Positions 20,896 to 29,328 of a stretch of DNA of 64,000 bases are shown in pieces. The stretch comes from an uncultured virus (IMG/VR IMGVR_UViG_3300032087_004682) (lineage: Duplodnaviria; Heunggongvirae; Uroviricota; Caudoviricetes). Under the pieces are notes generated by a model, which was not told where the DNA came from, searched no databases, and was given only the letters and a program-made list of their open reading frames with translations. Location: the IMG/VR virus record IMGVR_UViG_3300032087_004682; one strand, written 5' to 3'. The translations under genes were made by a program, and so were the position numbers. Within the stretch, counting starts at the first letter, position 1; each line of letters begins with the position of its first letter.

Positions 20896-21297
20896 TTATT
20901 TACTGGGATTCACAGGGCTATTGCCAATTTGTTGCCAACCGCCGTCTTTCCATTCCCATCCAAGGGACTTTAATTTTTGTCCCATTAGTAGATTAGAGTA
21001 AGACAATCTATTGAGTTCCTCCTGAGAGGCATCTAGGGTTGTATTAATCTGATCATGATGTGCAACAATCCAAGATCCGATACCTGATACACCAGCAACT
21101 GCAACAATCGCTAAAAATGTAGCGGTAAGTGCAAGTGCTTTAATTACAGTAGTAATCTTATCTATCTTGGTGGCTAAATCATGGACATCATTTAGTCGTT
21201 TCCCATCGACTCTTATTTCGCCAATCTCACCCTCTATCTCAGTACTCCATTCTTGGGAATCGTGAAGAATTGTAAGATTTTGGGTAGAGGTCTTCAT
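20896..21297 (-). CDS. Single-pass membrane protein in the lysogeny module
   Basis: One long hydrophobic segment; lies between the RHH gene and attP. Confidence 0.6.
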   Translation of the reverse strand: MKTSTQNLTILHDSQEWSTEIEGEIGEIRVDGKRLNDVHDLATKIDKITTVIKALALTATFLAIVAVAGVSGIGSWIVAHHDQINTTLDASQEELNRLSYSNLLMGQKLKSLGWEWKDGGWQQIGNSPVNPSK

Positions 21298-21318
21298 TTG
21301 AATATCATTTCCTTTCTA

Positions 21319-21549
21319 TTAGTTAATATTTGCTGCAAATTTATCAATTTGGAGTGCCTTGCTTGGCTTGTACCCCTTTTGGAATACCTGGTTTAGGTAT
21401 TCAATGATGGCATCCTGAACGAAGGCTGCTGTCGACTTCTTAGTCATTGCTAGTAACTCATTCATTCGTTCTGCCACCTTTCTATCTATCCTAGTATTTA
21501 CTGCGTATAGTGTTTCTTTTTCTCTCATATCACCGCTTTTGTTTTGCAT
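21319..21549 (-). CDS. Ribbon-helix-helix regulator, candidate repressor
   Basis: AVNTRID beta strand followed by two helices (STAAFVQDAIIEYL). Confidence 0.65.
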   Translation of the reverse strand: MQNKSGDMREKETLYAVNTRIDRKVAERMNELLAMTKKSTAAFVQDAIIEYLNQVFQKGYKPSKALQIDKFAANIN

Positions 21550-21698
21550 AGGTAGCCATAATTACGAAATAAAATATTATGTCAACACATAATGACATAG
21601 AGTGAAGTAAAACGAAGTAAAGTGAAGTGTTGTAGGTAAAATAATAATTCCCTACATTTTGTCTTGCTTTGTTTTTTTAGCTACATATAACCCTTCTC
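21550..21698. promoter_or_regulatory. Divergent switch region
   Basis: AT-rich; TATGTCA-N8-TGACATA (21578-21599), 10-bp phased AGTGAAGTAA-like repeats (21601-21630), TGTAGG-N14-CCTACA (21631-21656). Confidence 0.7.
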
Positions 21699-21935
21699 AT
21701 GATGGAAAAAAATGGGAAGCAATCACGCATTATGAAAGGTGCTGAAGTTATCAGAGAGCTTGGTTTTGGTGCTACTGCAGGCTATCGGTATCTGAAATTT
21801 TTAGAAGAAAACGAACTTCTTCAACCAGTCTACCTTGATGGAATTAAAACACCTAGGTGGTTAAGATCTGAGTTTGAAGATTTTTTACAGAATCGTGAGC
21901 CAAAAGAGTGCCCACAATTTGTAGTTAACAAGTAA
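21699..21935 (+). CDS. Xis/AlpA-like winged-HTH protein
   Basis: MKGAEVIRELGFGATAGYRYL...PRWLRSEFEDFL matches the AlpA/Xis pattern. Confidence 0.7.
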   Translation: MMEKNGKQSRIMKGAEVIRELGFGATAGYRYLKFLEENELLQPVYLDGIKTPRWLRSEFEDFLQNREPKECPQFVVNK

Positions 21936-21948
21936 CCGTGGAGGATTA

Positions 21949-22584
21949 ATGAAGTTAAAAACACAAAAAATACGAGGCAATGACTATGTCGTTGTTAATG
22001 AAAGAGTGAGGGCTTTTAGAGCCCATGAGTCATTCAAGGATATGTCGATTGAGACAGAAATATTAAACATATCTGATGATCGTGTCGTTATGATCGCCAG
22101 AGTTAAGGATGCCAATGGAAACATAAAAGCCACTGGTCATGCCGAAGAAGTTCAAACCAAGAGCGGTGTTAACTCCACTTCTTTTATTGAGAACTGCGAA
22201 ACTTCTGCTGTCGGAAGATGCCTTGGGTTTCTCGGTATTGGAGTAGATGATTCCATTGCCACCTTTGAGGAAGTAGAAAGAGCAATTGAGAGACAGGAGG
22301 AAAAACCATCCCCTACCCCAACTGCCCTAAACCACAGAGCGATGGCTCCTGCTGCTCCTGAGGTTGAAGAATCAGACCCTCTTGACTGGAAGGAAGTTGT
22401 ATGCCCATTAAAAAAACATAAGGGCACCAAGACTGGTGTAATCGCTGAATCCGATCCCGACTACTTGGAGTATTTCTCCACCAAGTTAGATACTATGCAA
22501 GACCAGAAGTTTGCATGGGCAATCGGGCAATTTATGAAGACTCGTAACCAAGATGGTAATCAAGGTTTTGAGTTAGTTGCATAA
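21949..22584 (+). CDS. Single-strand annealing protein (Sak/Rad52-like)
   Basis: YVVVNERV...ATGHAEE...IENCETSAVGRCLGFLGIG. Confidence 0.7.
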   Translation: MKLKTQKIRGNDYVVVNERVRAFRAHESFKDMSIETEILNISDDRVVMIARVKDANGNIKATGHAEEVQTKSGVNSTSFIENCETSAVGRCLGFLGIGVDDSIATFEEVERAIERQEEKPSPTPTALNHRAMAPAAPEVEESDPLDWKEVVCPLKKHKGTKTGVIAESDPDYLEYFSTKLDTMQDQKFAWAIGQFMKTRNQDGNQGFELVA

Positions 22585-23315
22585 TGGAAGATCAAGATAG
22601 AGGAGACGCTCCGTCAGCTTCCAAGATCTCTGCGATTGTAAAATGCAGAGGGTATCATAAAGCGAATCAGATTTTCCCATGGTATGGTGATAAGGATGCT
22701 GCCGATGAAGGCACTATCCGTCACCAACATGAGGAAGACCAAACTCCACTTGAGGAGATCATGGATGAGGAGCAAAAGATATGTGCCCTTAAATGCAGAC
22801 AAGCATTAGATTGGTGCAGAGAAGACCTTTTGTTGACTGAGAATCAGACGACAATAGAGCGCGAAGTGCGGTTGTGGTGGGATGGGATGTGGTCAGGGCA
22901 GTTAGACTACCTTGAAACATGGTCAAAGCTAGGAAAGATGGACGAGGGTCTTCAAGAGTATGCTTTTGTGGCAGACTATAAGACCCTTAGGGGAGAACAT
23001 GATCCAGCGCCTGTGAATGTTCAGTTGTTGGCTCAAGCTGCCCTGGTTCGCAAAAATTATCCAAAAGTAACAGAGGTTTATGTGGCTTTGATTGAGCCAT
23101 TCAAGAACCCATCCTACTCTACTGCTTCTTATTCTGGAGCCCACCTAATGGAAAAGGGTGCTTGGATTACAGAGGTAGTACAGGAGGCAATGGATGATGA
23201 TGCTCCTAGAACGGCGGGACCATCGCAATGTAAATGGTGTGCAGCAGTTCCATTTTGCCCAGAGGCAAGGAACTTAATGAAATTAATGGAGGGAAAATAT
23301 GAAGTGGTTGGATGA
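22584..23315 (+). CDS. Cas4-like PD-(D/E)XK exonuclease (DUF2800-like, N-part)
   Basis: GT..H, GQLD, ADYKT, QL and C-terminal CKWC....C. Confidence 0.8.
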   Translation: MEDQDRGDAPSASKISAIVKCRGYHKANQIFPWYGDKDAADEGTIRHQHEEDQTPLEEIMDEEQKICALKCRQALDWCREDLLLTENQTTIEREVRLWWDGMWSGQLDYLETWSKLGKMDEGLQEYAFVADYKTLRGEHDPAPVNVQLLAQAALVRKNYPKVTEVYVALIEPFKNPSYSTASYSGAHLMEKGAWITEVVQEAMDDDAPRTAGPSQCKWCAAVPFCPEARNLMKLMEGKYEVVG

Positions 23316-23685
23316 CCCAAAAGATTTATCTGAAGCAATGGAGTTGGTTCCATTTGCTGATGCGTTTGTTAAAGCAGTAAAGGCAGCCGTTAAGGCTAAA
23401 CTTGAAGAAGACCCCGAATCAGTACCGGGATTTAAATTACGGGGAGGAGGTAACACAACAAGCTACAACGCACAGGAAGTAGCGAATATAATCATGGATT
23501 CCAATGTTCTTGGATGGGATGACCTTCTTCAGGCAATGAAATTCTCAATGACCCCCTTTATTGGGATCTGGTCTGAGCATACAGGGATGAGTAAGGCTGA
23601 AGCCAAAAAAGACCTTATGGAGCGCCTACAGAAGATCCAAAGGACAAAACCCAAAGCACCATCAATCGTCAAAAATGCAAAGTGA
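23299..23685 (+). CDS. DUF2800-like C-terminal part as a separate ORF
   Basis: VPGFKL motif and terminal KPKAPSIVK. Confidence 0.55.
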   Translation: MKWLDDPKDLSEAMELVPFADAFVKAVKAAVKAKLEEDPESVPGFKLRGGGNTTSYNAQEVANIIMDSNVLGWDDLLQAMKFSMTPFIGIWSEHTGMSKAEAKKDLMERLQKIQRTKPKAPSIVKNAK

Positions 23686-24013
23686 TGGAAAAGGGAGAAA
23701 AGATAACGCTCCGAGTGAAGAAGAAAACCCCTTCACTCAATCAATTACTGCGGTGGAATCAGTGGGAACGCAGGAAGGAAAAACAGGAGATGAACAAGGA
23801 GGTTTATTTCGCCATCGAGTGCGCATTCATTCAAGACGAGTCAGAATCTGTGACCCAGACAACCTCGTTGGGGGCGTCAAGCATCTCGTTGATTCGCTCA
23901 GGTATGCTCAAATTATTCCAGAAGATGACCCCCAAGCAATCACGCTCCAAGTCTCCCAAGAAAAGGTCAAAAGCTTCAAGCAGGAAGAGACTTGGGTGGA
24001 GGTAAGTGTATGA
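23675..24013 (+). CDS. rusA: RusA-like resolvase, catalytic (C-terminal) half
   Basis: DPDNL...KHLVDSL...IIPEDD acidic motif; stop overlaps the next ATG (ATGA). Confidence 0.75.
   Translation: MQSDGKGRKDNAPSEEENPFTQSITAVESVGTQEGKTGDEQGGLFRHRVRIHSRRVRICDPDNLVGGVKHLVDSLRYAQIIPEDDPQAITLQVSQEKVKSFKQEETWVEVSV
23685..24005 (+). CDS. RusA-like N-terminal half in an overlapping frame
   Basis: ITLRVKKKTPSLNQLLRW motif; ATG coupled to the upstream stop (TGATG). Confidence 0.65.
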   Translation: MEKGEKITLRVKKKTPSLNQLLRWNQWERRKEKQEMNKEVYFAIECAFIQDESESVTQTTSLGASSISLIRSGMLKLFQKMTPKQSRSKSPKKRSKASSRKRLGWR

Positions 24014-24519
24014 GCGATAGAATATCATTTAGACTACCTCCTGAGGCTCAAAAGAACCTTGAAAATTTCATGGCTGCAACAGGTAAAAAAGCGAGTGAAA
24101 TTGCTCGAGCAGGACTTGAAATTTACATGGCTCAATGTGGATGGAGATTGGCGCCATTTGTCGGACACGTGTCAGACAATCCTCACGTACGTGCGCAAAG
24201 TAATGACTCAGATTTATCTGAAGATAAATCGTCCTGTCGGACAAATGAGAAAGATGAAGTTCAAGATTGGTTTAAGAAATTTTGGATTGTTTGCGAAAAC
24301 AAGCAAATGCCCAAAAGGGTAGTCAAAACAATCAAAGATAACTGGAGTGAATTATCTGAATTGGATCCTAGTCAAGTATCGGAGGCTTACAACTCGTACT
24401 GCCAAAATGAAGCATCAAGAGGAAGGGAATACTGCCAGCCTAACTCATGGCTTGCGGGTGGAGGTTACGAGAGCGAAGAAGAGAAAGAAGTTGGAGGGAT
24501 AGCATATGACATTGAATGA
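24010..24519 (+). CDS. Replication initiator-like protein (RHH-like N-terminus)
   Basis: ISFRLP N-terminal strand; FKKFW...PNSWL C-terminal domain typical of phage initiators; directly upstream of DnaB; contains iteron-like repeats. Confidence 0.65.
   Translation: MSDRISFRLPPEAQKNLENFMAATGKKASEIARAGLEIYMAQCGWRLAPFVGHVSDNPHVRAQSNDSDLSEDKSSCRTNEKDEVQDWFKKFWIVCENKQMPKRVVKTIKDNWSELSELDPSQVSEAYNSYCQNEASRGREYCQPNSWLAGGGYESEEEKEVGGIAYDIE
24156..24245. repeat. Iteron-like repeats / putative replication origin
   Basis: TGTCRGACA at 24159, 24170 and 24235; palindrome CACGTACGTG at 24184; GATTTATCT-GA-AGATAAATC at 24211-24230. Confidence 0.6.
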
Positions 24520-25906
24520 TTACTCAGATTACGATGCAGAGAGGGGCTTTGCATCCTGCACTAGAGATGAGGATGAAATGTGTTTTGAGATCTGGGCGTA
24601 TGCAATGGAAAAAGGCATCACAGATGAGCATTTCAGAAATTTAGCAATTCGGGAATATTTCGTAGCTTTCAAACTTGCTGAAAGGGAAGACGACTACGGT
24701 ATGTTTGGGGCGATGAATCGCCTACCGAAAGACTGGAAAGAGCAAAACCCAAATTTTATCAAAGCAGTTCTATTTTGTTGTGACACCCCTGCCCGTGGGA
24801 AAGAGTGGGTAGATCGTTTGGTTAAAGCTCACAAATTCAGAAAACTACAAGAGTTGTCTCTGAAAATACAGGATGATGTTAACCAAGCAGGGAAACTTGA
24901 TGACCCGACCAAGATTGCAGTAAAACTTGAGGAGGAGCTTACAACCCTTATTGAGCCAGACAGCAAAACATTGGTTTCAGCAAAGGAATTAGCAGAGGCT
25001 ACAAACTTTGCGATCAAGCAAGAGCGTGACCTTGGTGGGGCAAGTATCCAAACACAAATTCCGTTTCTAAATTCAATTCTTGATGGTGGTTTTAGGGCTG
25101 GTCAAATGGTAGTAGTGGCAGCCCGACCATCCATCGGGAAAACAACCTTCTCAATGAATGTGGCTCACCATTCGGCATGCAAGGGCAAGAAGGTTTTGTT
25201 TTTCTCACTTGAGATGTCTAAGGATCAGCTAGGCAAGAAATTGGCAGCCATTGACCAAGGGGTAAACTTATCCAAGTTTGCAGAGCGAAGAGAGAATGAC
25301 GAAGATCGTAAACTACTCCAACGAGGACTTGAGAATATATCTGAGCTTCCGATCTGGGTAGATGATAATCCTGGTCAAACAATCTCAATGATTAGGGCAC
25401 AGGCTAAAACAATGAACAGGAGGCATGACCTAGATGCTATTTATATTGATTATCTGGGATTACTTGAGCCAGAGGATAAAAGAGATGTTAGAGAGCAACA
25501 AGTAGCTCAAATATCAAAAGCGTGTAAGCGATTGGCTAAGGAGTTAAACTTGGTAGTTTTCCTTATCTGTCAGTTAAATCGTGATTCAGCTAAAAGTGGA
25601 AGCGTTCCCCAACTTCATCACCTTCGTGAAAGTGGTCAGATCGAGCAAGATGCTGATATTGTTTTAATGCTCCATCGTGAGATGAAGGCTGGTGGAGATA
25701 CCGAGACAACTGATATTATTATTAATAAGAATCGCTTTGGTCCAATTGGTCACACTAAAGATCGTGTAACATTTGACAGGTTCACGCAGAGGTTTAGACA
25801 AAAGGCAGAACCGCCTAGGCTTCACGACCCTGAGCCTAAAAAGGCAAAGCCAGCATCTCAGTCTGATTTTAAATACGAACCCTTGGTTACGGATAGATTA
25901 GGATGA
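24506..25906 (+). CDS. dnaB: Replicative DNA helicase
   Basis: AARPSIGKT, FSLEM, IDYLGL, CQLNR and LRESGQIEQDAD motifs. Confidence 0.95.
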   Translation: MTLNDYSDYDAERGFASCTRDEDEMCFEIWAYAMEKGITDEHFRNLAIREYFVAFKLAEREDDYGMFGAMNRLPKDWKEQNPNFIKAVLFCCDTPARGKEWVDRLVKAHKFRKLQELSLKIQDDVNQAGKLDDPTKIAVKLEEELTTLIEPDSKTLVSAKELAEATNFAIKQERDLGGASIQTQIPFLNSILDGGFRAGQMVVVAARPSIGKTTFSMNVAHHSACKGKKVLFFSLEMSKDQLGKKLAAIDQGVNLSKFAERRENDEDRKLLQRGLENISELPIWVDDNPGQTISMIRAQAKTMNRRHDLDAIYIDYLGLLEPEDKRDVREQQVAQISKACKRLAKELNLVVFLICQLNRDSAKSGSVPQLHHLRESGQIEQDADIVLMLHREMKAGGDTETTDIIINKNRFGPIGHTKDRVTFDRFTQRFRQKAEPPRLHDPEPKKAKPASQSDFKYEPLVTDRLG

Positions 25907-26352
25907 AAAGGGATTTCATAGGGGCATTAAGGGAGTCGCAGAGCGTGGTGCTTCTGGCAGCTGAGTGGCTTAGAAAGCAGAAGTATCAAGTTACCCTTAT
26001 TCCCAATGAGGAGACTCCAAGCTTTAAGGATCGGATGAATTATGTGGATGACTGCGATCTATTCTTAAATATGCCAATAGAGATCAAGCAGACCAAGCTG
26101 GTTGATTTTCCAAACGGAGAAGCAGACTGGCCATTTCCGATGGTCAATGTGATGGCAAGTCACGCTTGGAAAAGCAAAAACCCTAAACCTTTGTTTGTGT
26201 TGGTTGTTTCAAAAACAATGAGAAATGCAGCACTAATCCATAAGGATACTGAAAAATACTGGAAAGAGTTTACTCAAACGGATCGCAGAGATGGCAGAAG
26301 CCAGAGCGTACTGCGATGCCCAAAAGATAAAGCAAAATGGATATGTTTGTAA
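25903..26352 (+). CDS. PD-(D/E)XK nuclease-like protein
   Basis: DDCDL....IEIKQ. Confidence 0.5.
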   Translation: MKRDFIGALRESQSVVLLAAEWLRKQKYQVTLIPNEETPSFKDRMNYVDDCDLFLNMPIEIKQTKLVDFPNGEADWPFPMVNVMASHAWKSKNPKPLFVLVVSKTMRNAALIHKDTEKYWKEFTQTDRRDGRSQSVLRCPKDKAKWICL

Positions 26353-26804
26353 TTAAAGACGGAATACTAGACGAGGAGTCTAGGATCAAAATAGTAGAAC
26401 ACCAATACTCTGACCTAAGTTGGTTCAAGAAAGGTGATAATCCAATTCATGAACAAATACTGGAAGAGGTGGGCAAATTTTTTGATTTGTCCGAAATGGT
26501 AGGCTACGAGATGTGGTGTAACGCAACTAATCCCGGTTGGCATTATGATAAGGATGAGGACCTATTTAATAAGAATGGATCACTTAGTTATCCCATATGT
26601 AGTATCGTTTACTACGCATACATAAATGCAGAAGGTGGTGACTTTGGGTCAGAGGATCTGAGGTTAGCCCCTCGTACAAATAGGTTGCTATGCTTTTCGC
26701 CAGGTATCTTTCATCATGTTTATCCATTCCAGGGTAAAAGGGTAGCTATAGCTATGAATCCTTGGGCGACAGTACCTATAAGCTATGAGGCGAAGCCTCA
26801 TTAA
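26337..26804 (+). CDS. 2OG-Fe(II) oxygenase
   Basis: WHYDKDE, EGG, NRL..F...FHHV and R motifs. Confidence 0.8.
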   Translation: MDMFVIKDGILDEESRIKIVEHQYSDLSWFKKGDNPIHEQILEEVGKFFDLSEMVGYEMWCNATNPGWHYDKDEDLFNKNGSLSYPICSIVYYAYINAEGGDFGSEDLRLAPRTNRLLCFSPGIFHHVYPFQGKRVAIAMNPWATVPISYEAKPH

Positions 26805-26831
26805 ATAATTTTTAATAACCCAATAACTAAA

Positions 26832-27152
26832 ATGCTAGGAGAAATATACACAAACATCATAGGAACGTCGGTTAGCCAACCAGAAGTAAAGAAGGCAGGA
26901 AATAAAGATCTGCTTGTTCTGAGGTTAGCCATAAATGAAAGAATCGGAGATGGGGAGAGAACTTCCTTCATCACTGTTAATTCTTGGAGGGAGAGACTGA
27001 ATGATAAACTCATGCAGTTAGATCTAAAAGGTAAGAACCTAAAAATCCGGGGACCACTTCATATTGAGGAGTGGGAGAAGGATGGGCACAAATTTCAAAA
27101 GCCCGTGGTTACCTTAGACAATCTTTCCTTTTTGGATAAGAGAGATGCTTAA
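26832..27152 (+). CDS. ssb: Single-stranded DNA-binding protein lacking the acidic tail
   Basis: OB-fold pattern: LAINER...FITVNSW...KG...GPLHIEEWEKDG. Confidence 0.8.
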   Translation: MLGEIYTNIIGTSVSQPEVKKAGNKDLLVLRLAINERIGDGERTSFITVNSWRERLNDKLMQLDLKGKNLKIRGPLHIEEWEKDGHKFQKPVVTLDNLSFLDKRDA

Positions 27153-27451
27153 AAGTGTCTTTAGATTCTTTTATTTTCTACCCAGACGGGTGCGTCCTTT
27201 GTGGCGCACTCTTCTGGTGTGGGGTCGCATGGCTCGGATATTCTCTCGGGCAGGGATGGAGGCACTGAGTCGTAAAAATAAGCTAAAGCCAAACAAACCT
27301 CAGTTTCCAAAGTATCCATATCGCAGTTGACTTCACACATAGTTACTTTTTAATTCGTGTAACAAATGGGAACAATCATATTTTTTGCGTGTTTATTAAT
27401 ATTTTGCGGGTGGCTTTATGTGGGATCTAGAGACGATAATTCGTATTAACA

Positions 27452-27730
27452 GTGAAGCGTACGCCACTAAAACGCAAAACACCGTTGCGCAAAGTAAGCA
27501 AGAAGAGGCAGAAAGAGATGCGGGAATATGGAATACTGAGGACAGAGTTTTTAAAGAAACTTCCTACTTGCGAAGTGTGTATGAAGGCGAAGACATCAGA
27601 TGTCCATCACAAGGCTGGACGGGGGAAACATTACCTTGATGTAGATACCTGGTTATCTGTGTGCAGAGCGTGTCATGACAAAATACATCGTGAACCTAAA
27701 TGGGCTAGAGAGAAAGGATACTTAATATGA
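27452..27730 (+). CDS. HNH/Zn-finger protein
   Basis: CEVC...DVHHKAGRG...VCRACHDKIH. Confidence 0.75.
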   Translation: MKRTPLKRKTPLRKVSKKRQKEMREYGILRTEFLKKLPTCEVCMKAKTSDVHHKAGRGKHYLDVDTWLSVCRACHDKIHREPKWAREKGYLI

Positions 27731-27972
27731 GCAGTTTTTCGGAAACTGGTGGTTACTATATAAATCCAAGTGCTGTTACGCATATATCATACACGGAGAA
27801 ACCTGGTGCAAAGATTCACTTTATAGGTGGAACAGCGTTATGGGTAACACCAGAAGAAGCTGATACATTGGTTGATGAAATGGATACACATGGAATATCT
27901 AGGTGCCTAAAGGACTTAATTGAAAAAATAGATGATGTGGCCACAGTTATAGCAAGACACGGGGACCAATGA
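27727..27972 (+). CDS. Small FlbD-like beta protein (paralog 1)
   Basis: YYINPSAVTHI...KIHFIGG..LWV. Confidence 0.5.
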   Translation: MSSFSETGGYYINPSAVTHISYTEKPGAKIHFIGGTALWVTPEEADTLVDEMDTHGISRCLKDLIEKIDDVATVIARHGDQ

Positions 27973-28172
27973 AACCAAACCCACCATTTGTGGCACTCAA
28001 GCATGGAGTGTATATAAATCATAGACAAATATCTCATATAATAGACGACCCTGATGATGATGAAGGGAAAATCGTTCATATGGTAAACGGGCACTTAATA
28101 CATGCCAGCAAAGAAGAAGCAGAAGACTTACTTTTAAATGTAGGTATAATTGAGGATATTTTTGGTGAGTAG
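27969..28172 (+). CDS. Small FlbD-like beta protein (paralog 2)
   Basis: VYINHRQISHI...IVHMVNG..IHA. Confidence 0.5.
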   Translation: MKPNPPFVALKHGVYINHRQISHIIDDPDDDEGKIVHMVNGHLIHASKEEAEDLLLNVGIIEDIFGE

Positions 28173-28878
28173 CTTGTATAACTTAGTTAGGAAGTCTGGC
28201 GGGTATAAAGTTAGTAATGAAAAATTACTGATACCCAGCCACTGGATGTATCAAAAAGCAACATCAAGTGCATTTACTAACGACAAGTATGGTGTCGAGA
28301 ATGATAAAATGATTGATGAGGATTATGACTTTGAGATGACTAAGTTACTCAAGCGGGTAGGCTCAGAAATATACACATTTCCTCTATTTAATGAAAAATT
28401 TGTATCATTAGTAAGAGAGGAAATAGAAATAATAGCTAAAAACAAACAATTTAAGGCGAACCTTAATGAGCCAGAAGAAGCCAGAATAGATGAGTTTGTT
28501 TTAAATGAAATGTGTCCAGAATGGTATATGGCATTACTGTACAATGTCATACATGACTTTAATGTACTATTTTATTACTTATTCGGCAGAAGGATAGGTA
28601 GTGGAATAATACAACTAGCAAACTATAATTACACAAAAATAAATAAGACCACCTGGCACCACGATAGGGATTCAGATATTACAGTTGTTGTGCCTCTCAA
28701 CACTGGAGAATACGAAGGTGGTGGAACTGACTTTTTCTATAGAGAAAGCGTGCCACCATTACCAAACGGAACCGGATTAATCTTTCCTGCTTTCGGGCAT
28801 GTACACAGAGGTGCCCCTGTTTTTTCAGGAGATAGGTTTTTGTTGGTGTTTTGGTTAAAGGCAGTTCCCCATGATTGA
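28150..28878 (+). CDS. 2OG-Fe(II) oxygenase, lysyl/prolyl-hydroxylase-like
   Basis: HHD.DSDIT..V.LN..YEGGGT.F...H.HRG..V.SG.R. Confidence 0.85.
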   Translation: MRIFLVSSLYNLVRKSGGYKVSNEKLLIPSHWMYQKATSSAFTNDKYGVENDKMIDEDYDFEMTKLLKRVGSEIYTFPLFNEKFVSLVREEIEIIAKNKQFKANLNEPEEARIDEFVLNEMCPEWYMALLYNVIHDFNVLFYYLFGRRIGSGIIQLANYNYTKINKTTWHHDRDSDITVVVPLNTGEYEGGGTDFFYRESVPPLPNGTGLIFPAFGHVHRGAPVFSGDRFLLVFWLKAVPHD

Positions 28879-28934
28879 AATACTTTTTGTAGCAATAATG
28901 CTAATCACTGGATTAATCCTGTTAACTAGAAATT

Positions 28935-29207
28935 ATGACTGAAGAAAACAATAAATCGTCGTCCGATGTTTTATCATTAGGACTCTGTGAACTATTAATC
29001 GGCACTGGTTTAAACTACTGCCGTGAAAACGAACTATCCACCTGGGAGGTAGTGGGCGCATATGAACACGCTAAGCTGTCCGTACATAAATTTCATTGCG
29101 ACCTTGCTGAGAAAGCCGCTCGCGATGCCGCGCAGTCCGAAGGTGCCGACAAGGAGAACAAAGAGGCTTCTTCCCAAGACGAAGGCGAGGATAAAGACGG
29201 AAAGTAA
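28935..29207 (+). CDS. Hypothetical protein
   Basis: Last plus-strand ORF of the replication block. Confidence 0.45.
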   Translation: MTEENNKSSSDVLSLGLCELLIGTGLNYCRENELSTWEVVGAYEHAKLSVHKFHCDLAEKAARDAAQSEGADKENKEASSQDEGEDKDGK

Positions 29208-29328
29208 AGTGTTCACAGGAACACTCTCCGTACCCGTCATTTTCGTCTAAGTCGACTAAATGAATGTTGTCTGGATTGGTCAAGCTCGTCAGTAAATATC
29301 TGCGGGCTTCCATCCATTCAACTTTCAT
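29071..29328 (-). CDS. SWIM-type Zn-finger protein
   Basis: ECSCEHF...PCRHL (CxC-Xn-CxH). Confidence 0.6.
   Translation of the reverse strand: MKVEWMEARRYLLTSLTNPDNIHLVDLDENDGYGECSCEHFTFRLYPRLRLGKKPLCSPCRHLRTARHRERLSQQGRNEIYVRTA

Larger units (their letters stand above)
20707..20940. mobile_element. attP region with arm-type repeats
   Basis: TTATTGCCAAAA x2 (20707-20730) and CTATTGCCAATT/TTGTTGCCAACC (20918-20940) bracket a tRNA 3' half. Confidence 0.8.

Noticed and set aside
20835..20910. Complete phage tRNA-Arg gene
   Set aside because: D-arm and 5' acceptor strand are missing; it is an att core.
20791..20973. 60-aa ORF over attP
   Set aside because: Chance frame antisense to the tRNA fragment.
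22584..23315. CRISPR-Cas locus suggested by the Cas4-like gene
   Set aside because: No repeat-spacer array or other cas genes seen; the SSAP context indicates recombination.
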